Assembly (NCBI GenBank): GCA_049521055.1
Contig: JBEKPE010000001.1
Location: 44,837 to 108,836, forward strand
Length of the DNA stretch: 64,000 nucleotides
Source of the DNA: Candidatus Bathyarchaeia archaeon
Lineage (GTDB): Archaea; Thermoproteota; Bathyarchaeia; 40CM-2-53-6
Direction: 5' to 3'
Below the pieces are notes generated by a model. The model had not been told where the DNA came from and did no database searches. It worked only from the letters and a program-made list of their open reading frames with translations. Shown one piece after another: positions 47,584 to 57,632 of this stretch. The position numbers were made by a program, and so were the translations under genes. Position 1 is the stretch's first letter. Every line of letters starts with the position of its first letter.

Positions 47584-48252
47584 TTATTGGGACCGACGCC
47601 TCATCTCTATTAGAAAACGACCCGTCTCATTACGTAGGTAGTGGTGCATGAGCCGCCTGAAGTCTTTCGGTTCGTCCACATCAAAACCGATACCGCTTGT
47701 TCTTATCACTCGTCGCGAAACCCCCTGCTGATCCGCAAGGGCCAGATGCTTCTGGAAACTGTCTCTTCCGAACACTGGTCGAATTACTCCAGGCGGATGC
47801 ATCAGCAGAGCATTTGTCCCGGCTCCATCTTTCGAAGGTGCAAGCGCCACGGAATAACCTGAGGCACGGCTGAGAAAGTCGAGGATTTCACGGGGAGTGA
47901 CCAACGGAATGTCGGCGGGCATTATTACTGTGGCTGATGCACCTTTGAGTTTCGAATCTCGTATGGCCATTCGAACTGCTTTATTCAAGCCACGCCTCCT
48001 ACCCTCCCAAAGCCAACTAGCGCCATGGGATCGTGCGATTTGTCTAACAGAACGATCGGTGCTCACGACCGTTACCCTATGAAGCCTCTTGACCTTTCTC
48101 AAGGCTTCGAGAACATCTACCAACATTGCAACCGAAAATCGGGCTCTTTCCGCAGGGTTCAGTACAGGTGCTAGCCTAGCTTTTGCCAGCGTCAGCGTCT
48201 TCATGGGCACTATTGCATGGACTTCAGCCAGTCCTCCCCGATATTTTCTCAA
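47584..48252 (-). CDS. cofC: 2-phospho-L-lactate guanylyltransferase CofC
   Basis: IVPMKTLTLAKARLAPVL N-terminus is CofC-like. Overlaps cofD by 4 bp. Confidence 0.7.
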   Translation of the reverse strand: MRKYRGGLAEVHAIVPMKTLTLAKARLAPVLNPAERARFSVAMLVDVLEALRKVKRLHRVTVVSTDRSVRQIARSHGASWLWEGRRRGLNKAVRMAIRDSKLKGASATVIMPADIPLVTPREILDFLSRASGYSVALAPSKDGAGTNALLMHPPGVIRPVFGRDSFQKHLALADQQGVSRRVIRTSGIGFDVDEPKDFRRLMHHYLRNETGRFLIEMRRRSQ

Positions 48253-49175
48253 CGCCTGAATTCACTTATCGCTCTACGTGCTAGGTGAACTTTGTCCGCC
48301 ATGGTTTTCATGAGAGTCTGAGTCACGATCGGTTTGATGCCGAGAGATCTTATTTCTGGCACAAGCTGCGCGTCAACCTTGTCAATGATTAAGGCATCTA
48401 AGAAGTCCTTGTAGCAACTCGCCACGCCAATCGCGCTTGCCTCCATACCCGAGGACTTCATCAATTTGTCAGCCGGGCCTTTTACAGTCTTACCGCCCAC
48501 AATTGGACTGACGCCTACGATTGGCGCCTTTGTTTTTCTAAGTGCTGCGCGGATACCCTTTACGGCCAAAATGGCTCCTATGCTCACGATGGGGTTGCTC
48601 GGACAAATTACGATCCCACTTGCCTCACGTATTGATTGAATTACATGAGGCCCTGGCCTCGCGGACTCGGAACCTTTGAAGAGAACACTCCTAACCTTAG
48701 GCCTGGTCTGTAACCTGACCATGTATTCTTGAAAGTGCATACGACTTCGGCCGGACAAAACGTAGGTCTGAAACAAATCGTCAGTTGAAGGAAGAAGCGT
48801 CACATCAAGTCCCAAACGCGAAACTATACTCGCCGTAACGGCTGACAGTTTCTTTCCTCCATGCATTTGTTCTGTGCGGTAGAGGTGAGTTGCTAGATCG
48901 CGATCACCGATATTGAACCAGGTTTTGTAACCGTACTCTTGGAGCAGTTTTTGGCAGTGGAAGGTGTCTCCTTTGATTCCCCAACCTCTTACTGGATCGA
49001 CCAAACCGGCGAGAGTGTAAGTGACAATGTCCAAGTCTGGAGAAACATGAAGGCCGTAGAATTCTATGTCGTCCCCAACATTGCCGATTATAGTGATACG
49101 TTTCTGTGGCACGACACGAATGAGTCCTTCAAGGAATCTCGCAGCTCCAACTCCTCCGGCTAAAGCGACGATCAA
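48249..49175 (-). CDS. cofD: 2-phospho-L-lactate transferase CofD
   Basis: MIVALAGGVGAARFLEGL...ITIIGNVGDD CofD/UPF0052 signature. Confidence 0.85.
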   Translation of the reverse strand: MIVALAGGVGAARFLEGLIRVVPQKRITIIGNVGDDIEFYGLHVSPDLDIVTYTLAGLVDPVRGWGIKGDTFHCQKLLQEYGYKTWFNIGDRDLATHLYRTEQMHGGKKLSAVTASIVSRLGLDVTLLPSTDDLFQTYVLSGRSRMHFQEYMVRLQTRPKVRSVLFKGSESARPGPHVIQSIREASGIVICPSNPIVSIGAILAVKGIRAALRKTKAPIVGVSPIVGGKTVKGPADKLMKSSGMEASAIGVASCYKDFLDALIIDKVDAQLVPEIRSLGIKPIVTQTLMKTMADKVHLARRAISEFRR

Positions 49176-49198
49176 TGGCCGAACCAGTCGGGATAGCT

Positions 49199-49888
49199 CT
49201 AAGCCTTGCTAAATCTGCTTATCCAAGGATGACCTGAAGCGATTTGGGGAACCTTCGAGTAAAGTGAGGTGAAAACTGCGTAGGGGACCGCGACCGAGAA
49301 GACCGCGTGTAGAGCATTGAAGATGCTCGTAAAGAGCAACATGGTCGTAAGAACCTGCCACGGTCCTGCGAATTGCATGTGTAGCGTACCCTGAAGGGTT
49401 TGCTGACTAAAACCCAGATAATCTATGCCGAAAATTACTGGGCCAACATATGTGAAGACAAAGTAGTTGATTACTAGCAATATCAAGACTCGAGTTAGGA
49501 TTGCAAACGCAAGCATTGTTCCAAGAGCGAAAGATATGCGATTATAGTTCACCACTAACCGTCGATAGGTTATGCTTCCTAACCACAAGCCGAAGAGCGT
49601 TGAGAGTACCGAAGCGAACTTTACGGCAGGACCCAAGGGGGTATCAACTCCGGTAGCAGTGAGAAATATCCAATGAACAGTAGCAGTTACAAGCGCGGGG
49701 ATCGGGCCGAAGATAAGGAAAGCTAAGACAGAGAATAGCTCGGCCGGATCAAATTTGAGGAATGGCAATATCGGAAATGACGGTTGAATCCGAGCCGGGA
49801 GTATGACCGTAATCAGGGCCGCGAGCGCACCCATCACCGCCGCGCCCGTTAAACTCACACTTCGCCTCGCAAACAGGCTTTCCGCCAT
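49199..49888 (-). CDS. membrane protein, possible ECF-transporter S-component
   Basis: Six hydrophobic segments. FDPAELFSVLAFLIFGP resembles S-component helix 1-2. Confidence 0.4.
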   Translation of the reverse strand: MAESLFARRSVSLTGAAVMGALAALITVILPARIQPSFPILPFLKFDPAELFSVLAFLIFGPIPALVTATVHWIFLTATGVDTPLGPAVKFASVLSTLFGLWLGSITYRRLVVNYNRISFALGTMLAFAILTRVLILLVINYFVFTYVGPVIFGIDYLGFSQQTLQGTLHMQFAGPWQVLTTMLLFTSIFNALHAVFSVAVPYAVFTSLYSKVPQIASGHPWISRFSKA

Positions 49889-49990
49889 TCAAACCATCAA
49901 CGCTGCGCACAGAAAGTCACAACTACTTAACTGTTATTTTATGACAATCTCACTAAAAGAACATATTATTATGATGAATTAGTCCAATTA

Positions 49991-50296
49991 TTATCTTCGT
50001 TTGCTGAACTCTTTAGCTTTTGTTATGAAATCGCGTATTTGCTCAATGTTTAGCGGCGAGAGAACTCTGGATCTGCCGACCTCGTAAACTTGAAGGAGGC
50101 CTGCCCTTCTGAGTATTTCGACGTGCCTATACACTCCTCCGTAATCCATTTTCAAGTTACTAGCTACGGCAGTAATGTGTAGAGGTTTCTTGCTGTCCAT
50201 GAGCATTAGCAGAATGCGGAGCCGGACGCTATTTCCTAATGCCGAGAACGTTGCGGAGGCTGATCGAAGTTCTTCGGCAGCAGACATTGAGATCAA
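49991..50296 (-). CDS. ArsR/SmtB family HTH regulator
   Basis: LGNSVRLRILLML...YRHVEILRRAGLL wHTH. Confidence 0.7.
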   Translation of the reverse strand: MISMSAAEELRSASATFSALGNSVRLRILLMLMDSKKPLHITAVASNLKMDYGGVYRHVEILRRAGLLQVYEVGRSRVLSPLNIEQIRDFITKAKEFSKRR

Positions 50297-50334
50297 GCCT
50301 TCCTGTGGCAGATAGCTATGGTCGTGGCTGAGAG

Positions 50335-50496
50335 TTAATGCTTGTCAAGTGCGATTCCTTTCCTGCGCGCAAACTGAGACAGGTGCTCCTCAGAGCAGAA
50401 ATGGTACGTATTCATCTCCCCCTCTTCACCAATCGCCAAGGACGTTGAAGCCATGAGGTCGGATACCTTCCCACACTGGTTGCACATGACTTTCAT
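50335..50496 (-). CDS. small TRASH/YHS-like metal-binding protein (53 aa; below ORF-track cutoff)
   Basis: Hand translation gives MKVMCNQCGKVSDLMASTSLAIGEEGEMNTYHFCSEEHLSQFARRKGIALDKH*. The CxxC...HFCSEEH pattern resembles TRASH, and the gene sits beside an ArsR regulator. Confidence 0.35.
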   Translation of the reverse strand: MKVMCNQCGKVSDLMASTSLAIGEEGEMNTYHFCSEEHLSQFARRKGIALDKH

Positions 50497-50515
50497 TTTC
50501 TGAACCTAGAATCTT

Positions 50516-51343
50516 CTAGCTAACATAGGGTAACTCCCTTTCGCCGCCCTTACGGCCTTCGCGGGGAAAGGAATGCGAGAGATCCTTCGCCTTTTGCACA
50601 ACCTCCGCGTTCTCTTTGGCCTGTTTCTCAAGCGCTGTCAGATCTATCGAAACGTTCAACATTCTTGACGCAAGCTGCAAAGCTGCTTTCGCTGCGTTAG
50701 CATCTAATGATAAGTAACCTGGGGTTTCGGCTAGGAGGCAGATGGCTGGAATGTTCTTTGGTTTGGCAAGCCCGAATATGAGACCGTTAGTTCCCGTTAT
50801 TGCACCTCCGGCTAGTTTCACTGCGCCCAAGGATTCCAGTTCCTTCACCAATTCGACATCTGTTGCACCAGCATATACCCTCGGCTCCTCTGCAAACCTG
50901 TCAGTAGCCATTCCACCCATCGTGATCACTTTTTTCGTACCGAACTTCGCTGCCAAGTCTAAGACCACCTCCGCGAGCTCGTATTGCCCTTCTGGTGAAT
51001 AGGGCTGCTCGTTAGCCGTGAAGAGAAGTAGATCGGATCCTCCGTCCTTGTTCTTCCAGTAGTGAAATTCGCCCTTCATCATGCCAACCACTCCATCCTC
51101 ACTTAACCAAACTTTTGGGGAGAACATCGGAGAGAAGACCTCCGCGAACAGTTGAGCTTTCAGCTCTTTCTGGAGATGGTTAACCGCTAACCATGCGACT
51201 GAACCGATGCCTGGAAGGCCGCACACCATTACGGCGTCTCGGAGTTCGGGTTGTTGCGAGTAACGCACTTCTGTTTGCATCGAGATTCCCGAGGGATCGT
51301 GAGTATTGGTATGGAATCTATGTGAATAGCCGGTAATTAGCAT
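50516..51343 (-). CDS. PAC2 (proteasome assembly chaperone)-family protein
   Basis: VMVCGLPGIGSVAWLAVNHL glycine-rich N-terminal motif and about 250 aa length. Confidence 0.55.
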   Translation of the reverse strand: MLITGYSHRFHTNTHDPSGISMQTEVRYSQQPELRDAVMVCGLPGIGSVAWLAVNHLQKELKAQLFAEVFSPMFSPKVWLSEDGVVGMMKGEFHYWKNKDGGSDLLLFTANEQPYSPEGQYELAEVVLDLAAKFGTKKVITMGGMATDRFAEEPRVYAGATDVELVKELESLGAVKLAGGAITGTNGLIFGLAKPKNIPAICLLAETPGYLSLDANAAKAALQLASRMLNVSIDLTALEKQAKENAEVVQKAKDLSHSFPREGRKGGERELPYVS

Positions 51344-51379
51344 GCTTGTGAATAAGGCCGTATTAGCGATCGTTGGCGG

Positions 51380-51655
51380 CTATTGAGAGGGCAGTTTCTG
51401 TTGGCCAAATGGGGTTAGCCCCCATGCGAACGGTTTCGTATTGCTCAGTCGGTCCACCAAACGGTCCTTTCTGAGTGCCTTGAGGTGATAAGTGACGCAT
51501 GCATAAGACAGTCCGGCCTCTTTCACTATCTGTGGTGCACTCCTTCGGTCTCTCTCAAGAACTATGAGGATCCTAGTTCGCGCGACTAATCCTGCCTTGA
51601 CATTACGTTTTGAGGTAAGGTAGGCTTTGGGATGAAGCGCTCCGCGCTTTGCCAT
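51380..51655 (-). CDS. winged-helix (ArsR-like) transcriptional regulator
   Basis: RTRILIVLE...VTYHLKALRKDRLV. Confidence 0.55.
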   Translation of the reverse strand: MAKRGALHPKAYLTSKRNVKAGLVARTRILIVLERDRRSAPQIVKEAGLSYACVTYHLKALRKDRLVDRLSNTKPFAWGLTPFGQQKLPSQ

Positions 51656-51664
51656 GTTATCATC

Positions 51665-54600
51665 TCAAACGAATTGCGCTAGGGTTGGCTGTTTCTTTTT
51701 CTCTTCATGTTCGTTAAAGAGAGAGTTGATCTCTTCGCGGAGAAGTAACAATCGCTGTTCGTGGTATTGACCTAGGTCGTAGCGCTTAACCAAATCCTGC
51801 GCTACGGTCAAGTACTTTTCCACACCCCCCTTGTACACGGTTAACGAGAGCTTGCCTCCGCACCTTGGACAAGCTCCTTTCAACGGGAGACGCCGGAATT
51901 TCGAATTGCATTTCGTGCACCGGAACCTCTGTCCGGCAAAAGCCTTTAGGTTTCCAGTAAGGTCCCGCATGAAATGAGTCGATAACACTCTTTTCGCGAC
52001 TTCTCCTGCTTCCACCGCTTTAATCGACTCGGCCAATTTCAGTTGCAAGGTCACCTTTTCGACCATCGATCCTAGTTTCTTGTAAACGCTCTCCAAGTTT
52101 CCCGCGTCTACATCATCAGTACTTTGAGTGAAACCTAGAGACTCCAATACTGCCTGCGAACCAAGCCTGTCCTGAACTGTTTCAATGATGTTGGCTTGGG
52201 ATTTGGGGTCAGAGTGCTTTTGCGTTGCATCGTAGAACTGTAAGGGAAGACGGTTAACTGATTCGATGTTGAACGCTTGGCGGGCAACCTCCCGCGGCTT
52301 AATTCCAATTGTTAACAATATCGGGGCATCCATTATCCCCCCAATCCTTGACGGAAGAAACTGTTTCGAAAAATTCAGAAGAATGTCCAAAGCAAGGCTG
52401 ACGGAGTCTTCGTCGCCATCACAATCTCTCCGTTTTGCAGCGTGCCAGAATGGGTGTGCCAAGGTAACGCTGGCTTTTGTAAAACCGATAATACGCCCAA
52501 TGACTCCCACTGAGGTGTGTGGTGAGAGGCCGATAACCAATTGACCAACGAGATCTTGCTTATTCTTCGCGTTATAGAATGGGGGCAAGCCGTAAAGGCG
52601 TTGTAGGAGATCGTCGATGAATTTTGCGACCCTGACGAAATAGTCTCCGCATGCTTCCGGGACGATGATGTCGTGTACTCTGAGGCTACAACACTGATTC
52701 GATGTAAGCGGATTGCCCGCTACGTCGACATCGTACCCCAACTCAATTAGTTTGTCGACCCCTACGCCGATCTCGGCAGGTTTGAAGTGTGTAAGCGGCG
52801 CATTCGTCGCATCGAATCGTACGGTACCATCTTTGAATACGGATACGTCATACTTCGCCCTTAGCAGCCCTTTCTCAAGAGGTTCCGGCGTCTTCGTCTG
52901 ATTGGTCAGCCCGCGGACGCCTTTTACGCTCTCGGGGGTGACGGTAAGCGAGAGCCTTCTTTGCGCCGAATTGAACAGGTCGCGTATGGGCACGTTCCTT
53001 CGGGTAAACGCTTGAGCATCGCCTTTGCATGAGGGGCAGATTTTACCGGGAGTATCGATACCGCACCTTTGGCAGGTAAACGCGGCGACCGTATCAGCGC
53101 CACATTTCTCACATTTGCCAAAGTGGGTCGTGTTGCCGCAGTTCCCGCATTTTCGGTATGCCAATTCAACTGAGATTATGGTATGTTCCGCCATAGTCTC
53201 AACAATATTCCGCCTAGATCCCCCTGCTAACCCAATAGGAAAGAGGCAATGGACCAAGGGCCGCATTTCGCGGCGCGCCGCCTTTTCCGGCCGACCCATT
53301 CGGGCGCCAACATAGACCGGCGCCTTTTTCATCAGTCGCATTCCCGAAGCGTGAAAGAGTTTCTCGAACACGTCTTTCCCCTCCACGGCACTGCCCTGAG
53401 AAGCCAACCCAAGGCATTCGTACAAGATCGTCGCGTCCTCGTCTACTATCAGGGAATCTTGGTCGACTCTGTGGAGGGCGCAGAGGTTCTCCAGAATGGT
53501 TTTGGTCATTGGGTCATTCTTAGTCGATATTCTATTGGGGGATGAGGTTGTTTGGTTGCTATCCAATAGCTTCGAGCGTAAGTAGTCGAAGTCTTGTGGG
53601 GCGATGTTCTCCCAGAACCATGTGTACTTCGGGTGCAGAGGGACGTTGGATCGTTTTGCAATGCGAATCGCCTCCTCAGCCGTTGGGCATTCTCCACTTG
53701 AGTCGTTCAGATAGGCGACAAGGCGAGGCTCATCTATACCAATGTGATCCGCGAATCCGTGGATTCCAGAGTGCTTTGTAGCTTCGAGTTCCATTAGCTG
53801 CCTCCACCATTCCTCAACAAAACCTGACGGGAGAAGCGGGCGGTTGTTCTCTAGAAATTCCCCGAACCCTATCAGTATGTCCCCTAGGAACAGGATCTCG
53901 TCCACCGAATCGAGGAGCGTTTCCGTTCGCTTTGGGTCCGATAGCCTGACAACGGAACCATCCTTCAATCGGACAATGGGTGGTTCGATTGAATCAACGG
54001 TAGCCGCGATGCCCGCCTTGCCAGGCTTCTCTAACCTCAGCTGTGTTCCAACGGCGATGAACTTGCCGAGCGCTATCATTGTAGACGGATGAAGCCCAAT
54101 TGCAGCCAAGCCGGTGTTTCTAGCTCTACCATATCTCAGCCTGAAGCCTCCCGTGAACTGAGGGAAGGCGAAGATTGGCCGTCCTGCCAGAACATCCTCC
54201 ATGAACATGAACTCGCGCGCCTCTTCAGCCTCAGCCACGGGGGGCTTGATTTCCTTCAGCCAGCTCCATCCCTCTATGCCCAAGCTGTCAATTATTTTCA
54301 GGACCTTGTGGCTTCTACCAATCAGTCCATCGTGAACAACTCTTAGCGCCCCACCTCTCACTCGGTTCGTGTCCACCCGCGGCACGTTCCTGTACGCTGA
54401 AACTTCGACGGGATCCGTTTCGACGCCGTTGACTTCGACTGGCAGTCGCATGACGGCGTTGAACAGCTCTTCATCTGAGACCTTAAACTGAAATCGGGCC
54501 ACCTCCCTCTCGTACAAGCGTAGTTCTTCCACGAACCTTTTCGCTTCAAGTTCCGTGGCCTTGTATCGGCCCAATCCCACCTGGTGTCTCACATAATCGG

Positions 54601-55078
54601 CGATGACAAGAATCAATGCCATATCGGTGCCCCCAGCGGACCTAATGGGGCCTGCAAAGTAGACAGCCAGATACTTCGATCCATCTTGATTTGATCTTAT
54701 CCTGACGCTTGAGATTCCCTCAATCGGCGCGGCAGTAACGCCTTCATCTAGAATGGCCGATGCAGTTCGGACCGCCTGTTCTGCTGCACGCTCACCGTCC
54801 ACTCCATACTTTGAAAGCGAGATCTCTTCAGCTATCTTGAGCGCTACAAGCTCGCGTGGCATCAGAAGCGAAAGTTCGCGGATTCTTGAAGCCACCGCAG
54901 GAGGGCCGACAGCTTTCTCGACTCGTTCCGCAACATCCTGGGTGACAACAGACTCTGGATCCCGTGATGGATCCAACCCTTTTGCTCGTGCCTGTCTAGC
55001 TAGATCATAGATCTTGTCGACCTGATCCTTTAGGCCCTGAAAATACAGGTCGTGTCGGCTTAGAGCTGTTGCATCCAA
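51665..55078 (-). CDS. DNA polymerase II (PolD) large subunit DP2
   Basis: 1137 aa. Has DP2 N-terminal region, cysteine clusters CGNCGN...CEKCG and CPRCGGK, and a conserved catalytic core. Confidence 0.9.
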   Translation of the reverse strand: MDATALSRHDLYFQGLKDQVDKIYDLARQARAKGLDPSRDPESVVTQDVAERVEKAVGPPAVASRIRELSLLMPRELVALKIAEEISLSKYGVDGERAAEQAVRTASAILDEGVTAAPIEGISSVRIRSNQDGSKYLAVYFAGPIRSAGGTDMALILVIADYVRHQVGLGRYKATELEAKRFVEELRLYEREVARFQFKVSDEELFNAVMRLPVEVNGVETDPVEVSAYRNVPRVDTNRVRGGALRVVHDGLIGRSHKVLKIIDSLGIEGWSWLKEIKPPVAEAEEAREFMFMEDVLAGRPIFAFPQFTGGFRLRYGRARNTGLAAIGLHPSTMIALGKFIAVGTQLRLEKPGKAGIAATVDSIEPPIVRLKDGSVVRLSDPKRTETLLDSVDEILFLGDILIGFGEFLENNRPLLPSGFVEEWWRQLMELEATKHSGIHGFADHIGIDEPRLVAYLNDSSGECPTAEEAIRIAKRSNVPLHPKYTWFWENIAPQDFDYLRSKLLDSNQTTSSPNRISTKNDPMTKTILENLCALHRVDQDSLIVDEDATILYECLGLASQGSAVEGKDVFEKLFHASGMRLMKKAPVYVGARMGRPEKAARREMRPLVHCLFPIGLAGGSRRNIVETMAEHTIISVELAYRKCGNCGNTTHFGKCEKCGADTVAAFTCQRCGIDTPGKICPSCKGDAQAFTRRNVPIRDLFNSAQRRLSLTVTPESVKGVRGLTNQTKTPEPLEKGLLRAKYDVSVFKDGTVRFDATNAPLTHFKPAEIGVGVDKLIELGYDVDVAGNPLTSNQCCSLRVHDIIVPEACGDYFVRVAKFIDDLLQRLYGLPPFYNAKNKQDLVGQLVIGLSPHTSVGVIGRIIGFTKASVTLAHPFWHAAKRRDCDGDEDSVSLALDILLNFSKQFLPSRIGGIMDAPILLTIGIKPREVARQAFNIESVNRLPLQFYDATQKHSDPKSQANIIETVQDRLGSQAVLESLGFTQSTDDVDAGNLESVYKKLGSMVEKVTLQLKLAESIKAVEAGEVAKRVLSTHFMRDLTGNLKAFAGQRFRCTKCNSKFRRLPLKGACPRCGGKLSLTVYKGGVEKYLTVAQDLVKRYDLGQYHEQRLLLLREEINSLFNEHEEKKKQPTLAQFV

Positions 55079-55132
55079 CGTTGCAGGCCTAGATTACAGA
55101 CTGGCCTGCCTCTTCTTTAAGACTAGGAAAGC

Positions 55133-55432
55133 TTACTGCCCACTTGGAGTTGAAACCGAGGCAGATTCAGCAGATTGCTGAGGCTGCTGAGTTTGGGCCT
55201 TGTCTTTCACGTAGAAGCTGTCCATGAACATGCAGTATATGTCGACGATTTGACTTGACGGAGTCGCCTCGAATTCGCGTTTGAGTCCGCACGAACCGCA
55301 TTGGACACTCGCGGGACCAGCCCCTTGTGGAAGTTTTACGCGTATTGCCTCCTCGCCACAGACAGGGCAGGTGAAGACTGAGGGTAGTTTTTTCTTTACA
55401 ACTTTGATTACTCGTCTTCTACGTCTACCCAA
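55133..55432 (-). CDS. transcription elongation factor Elf1-like zinc-ribbon protein
   Basis: MGRRRRRVIKVVKKKLPSVFTCPVCG...CGSCG. Confidence 0.55.
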   Translation of the reverse strand: MGRRRRRVIKVVKKKLPSVFTCPVCGEEAIRVKLPQGAGPASVQCGSCGLKREFEATPSSQIVDIYCMFMDSFYVKDKAQTQQPQQSAESASVSTPSGQ

Positions 55433-55649
55433 CCTGACTCCCCTCTAATTCAGATGCAGAGATCAGCCCCGAGTTATTTCAACGTTCCATCAAGTCTAAC
55501 ATCACATTCAAACCGGGAAATTCAAGCTCGAATTTGACCAATTACTTCCGAACGACATTGATGGAGTGCGAATTACGCTCCTTCGCTTGAGGGCTTGATG
55601 GGGTATGGATCGAATGGCGAATTATGGTTCGTAACCCGATCCTAGGAAA

Positions 55650-55735
55650 CATGTGCGGGGGTGTCGAACACCCCCGTTGACTGTCTTACAACCGTACAAT
55701 GGGACCGAGCACTCTCGAGATCCTCGAACTCAATT
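55650..55735. repeat. conserved hairpin element copy B (GGGGGTGT-cga-ACACCCCC followed by CTGTCTTACAACCGTAC...GGGACC)
   Basis: Aligns with 8212-8320, including a compensatory extra G:C pair in the stem. Confidence 0.6.
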
Positions 55736-55800
55736 TGGCGCAAGCCCGGATTTGTCACCACTGCAAGCTCGTTCTGCAAGAATATTCTCAAAGAGTTTAA

Positions 55801-56301
55801 GTGAATACGAAAGCGTATCCACACGGGTGTCCCTTGGCAGAACAACCCGACACGTCAGATGCGCGTCACTCAATCCATGGCACCGTAAGCGATCCAGTCA
55901 CAAAGCTTCTCCTGGATAGCAGTCACCTAACCTTGCCACAACTGGAAACGCTACTCGCTGATTCCGTTTCACAAGAGAAAACCATGAAAAAAGGTTACAG
56001 GCGCCTTTTCAGGCCCTCAACGAAGAGGATTAGCCGCGGATCATATAATCGAAGCCTAATCCAAGCCCAAAATAACATTATTCGATCAATTTACACGATC
56101 TTGCTGTTAGGATATGTGGGGTTGTTCGATACTTCAGCGTTGCAACCCTTCATTGAACTCTCGGACACACTTCAGGGCTACATCCAAGAAAACCAGTCCT
56201 CCTCACCCGGCGACTTGGAAGCGATTCGAGACTTGAAGCGAAGACTCTCGGAGGCTATCTCCGCATTGGCCTACCGTCAAAGCTTCAAAGATACTCTATG
56301 A
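55801..56301 (+). CDS. hypothetical protein
   Basis: ORF only. The start is uncertain (an internal Met near 55984 is possible). Confidence 0.3.
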   Translation: MNTKAYPHGCPLAEQPDTSDARHSIHGTVSDPVTKLLLDSSHLTLPQLETLLADSVSQEKTMKKGYRRLFRPSTKRISRGSYNRSLIQAQNNIIRSIYTILLLGYVGLFDTSALQPFIELSDTLQGYIQENQSSSPGDLEAIRDLKRRLSEAISALAYRQSFKDTL

Positions 56302-56307
56302 CCGATC

Positions 56308-56516
56308 ATGTGATGTCACGTGACATGGCAAGAATACGCTGTGCGTTATTCAAACAGAGTGCGTATTTGACGAAATGAAAAGGGGAACAAATTAAGCGAA
56401 TTACCCCAGACGGCCAGAATATAGGCCGATTGTGTGATGTCACCGTGAGCTAGGTGGATGTCACGTCAGCGTCACGTTCAAATCATCGTGACATCATAAG
56501 GCGACTGTGACATCAC
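56308..56516. promoter_or_regulatory. array of five GTGATGTCAC/GTGACATCAC sites including perfect 14-bp palindrome ATGTCACGTGACAT
   Basis: Sites at 56313-56326, 56434-56443, 56455-56464, 56488-56497 and 56507-56516, immediately upstream of a wHTH gene. Confidence 0.55.
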
Positions 56517-56539
56517 AGGGTAGAAGAGGTTAAAGCACC

Positions 56540-57262
56540 TTGAATCTCCCCTTTCCCATGACCATGGACGCCTTTGCGTTAGCAGTCGATTTGGTTTCCC
56601 TGCTCTGCTTGGTATTGGTGGGCATCGTAGGGAGCAAGACGATCCACGCTTTTCAGCAAAGCAAACAAGCGGTAGTCGAATCCTCGTCGCTGATCAGCGT
56701 CATCGTGGACGCTCTTTCATCACGCATTCAACGCTCTGAATCGGTAATGATTCAGCTACGCTCAAGCATGGAGGCAACGACACAACGCAGCGACGCTCTA
56801 GCAGGAGAACAGGTGAACTTACGCACATCCCATCAGGAGACGTTGCGTCACCTGCAAGAGATCTTAGCTAACGACAAGAAGCTCGTCCTGGAATTCGAGC
56901 AATTAAAGTCAAAACTCAACACCATTCAACAAAGGAATCCAAGTATCGATGCCCTACCGAAACGTGAGAATTTGGCTGCCCTAGTCTCTGATGGAGACTT
57001 CTTAGCATCCCTCACGCCGACTGAACGTCTGACGCTGGAAATTTTAAGGGATGAAGGTGCGAAAGCGGCTCCAGAAATTGGAAAACGCCTGAACAAATCT
57101 AGAGAACACACGTCGCGATTGATGAAAAAGTTGTATATGGAAGGGTATGTCGACCGTGAATCGAACCATGCTCCGTTCAGATACAAATTGAACGAGGCGT
57201 TGCGTGCAACATTCGAAAGTCCCAATGACCAGGTCAGGGCGAAACCGTCGGAGACGTTTTGA
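56540..57262 (+). CDS. membrane-anchored coiled-coil protein with C-terminal winged-helix DNA-binding domain
   Basis: N-terminal TM (AFALAVDLVSLLCLVLVGIVG), a heptad-rich middle region, and a C-terminal LTPTERLTLEILRDEGAKAAPEIGKRLNKSREHTSRLMKKLYMEGYV wHTH. Confidence 0.55.
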   Translation: MNLPFPMTMDAFALAVDLVSLLCLVLVGIVGSKTIHAFQQSKQAVVESSSLISVIVDALSSRIQRSESVMIQLRSSMEATTQRSDALAGEQVNLRTSHQETLRHLQEILANDKKLVLEFEQLKSKLNTIQQRNPSIDALPKRENLAALVSDGDFLASLTPTERLTLEILRDEGAKAAPEIGKRLNKSREHTSRLMKKLYMEGYVDRESNHAPFRYKLNEALRATFESPNDQVRAKPSETF

Positions 57263-57632
57263 GTCGATAAAACCAGTGAGCAGCCGACCCTGTTCTCTCC
57301 AACATACCGCGGTCCGCAAGTCGCGATAAATACGTCGAAACGGCACCAAGGGTGAAGCCCTCCCCCCAGATTTCGCGGTAAGATTGGTAGATCTCGCGAG
57401 AATCGAAACTACGATCAGCTAACTGCGTGTTGATTACATCCGTCAACCGACTCATTTTGCTCTCCCCACCCTCAAGAGAAGAGACATGCTGATTGGGGCC
57501 GGCCACGATTTCCGCGTATTCTAACAATCGATTAACTTTCTCGACCGTAAAGTCCCCCTCAATGGCTAGGCTATGTTTTGCACCAGATCGATCGAAGAAC
57601 TCGAGCTTGATGCGTCTTTTCATGAGGAGCAC
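57234..57632 (-). CDS. hypothetical protein (possible wHTH), adjacent to oriC
   Basis: ORF only. Contains VSTYLSRLADRGMLER. Confidence 0.35.
   Translation of the reverse strand: MLLMKRRIKLEFFDRSGAKHSLAIEGDFTVEKVNRLLEYAEIVAGPNQHVSSLEGGESKMSRLTDVINTQLADRSFDSREIYQSYREIWGEGFTLGAVSTYLSRLADRGMLERTGSAAHWFYRLKTSPTVSP

Noticed and set aside
52266-55010. Multiple 60-100-aa ORFs on the plus strand inside the PolD large-subunit gene
   Set aside because: They are fully nested antisense to a well-supported 1137-aa gene and show no motifs.
55653-55919. 88-aa plus-strand ORF and overlapping 67-aa minus-strand ORF
   Set aside because: Both start inside the conserved hairpin element B. The region is better explained as a non-coding repeat.
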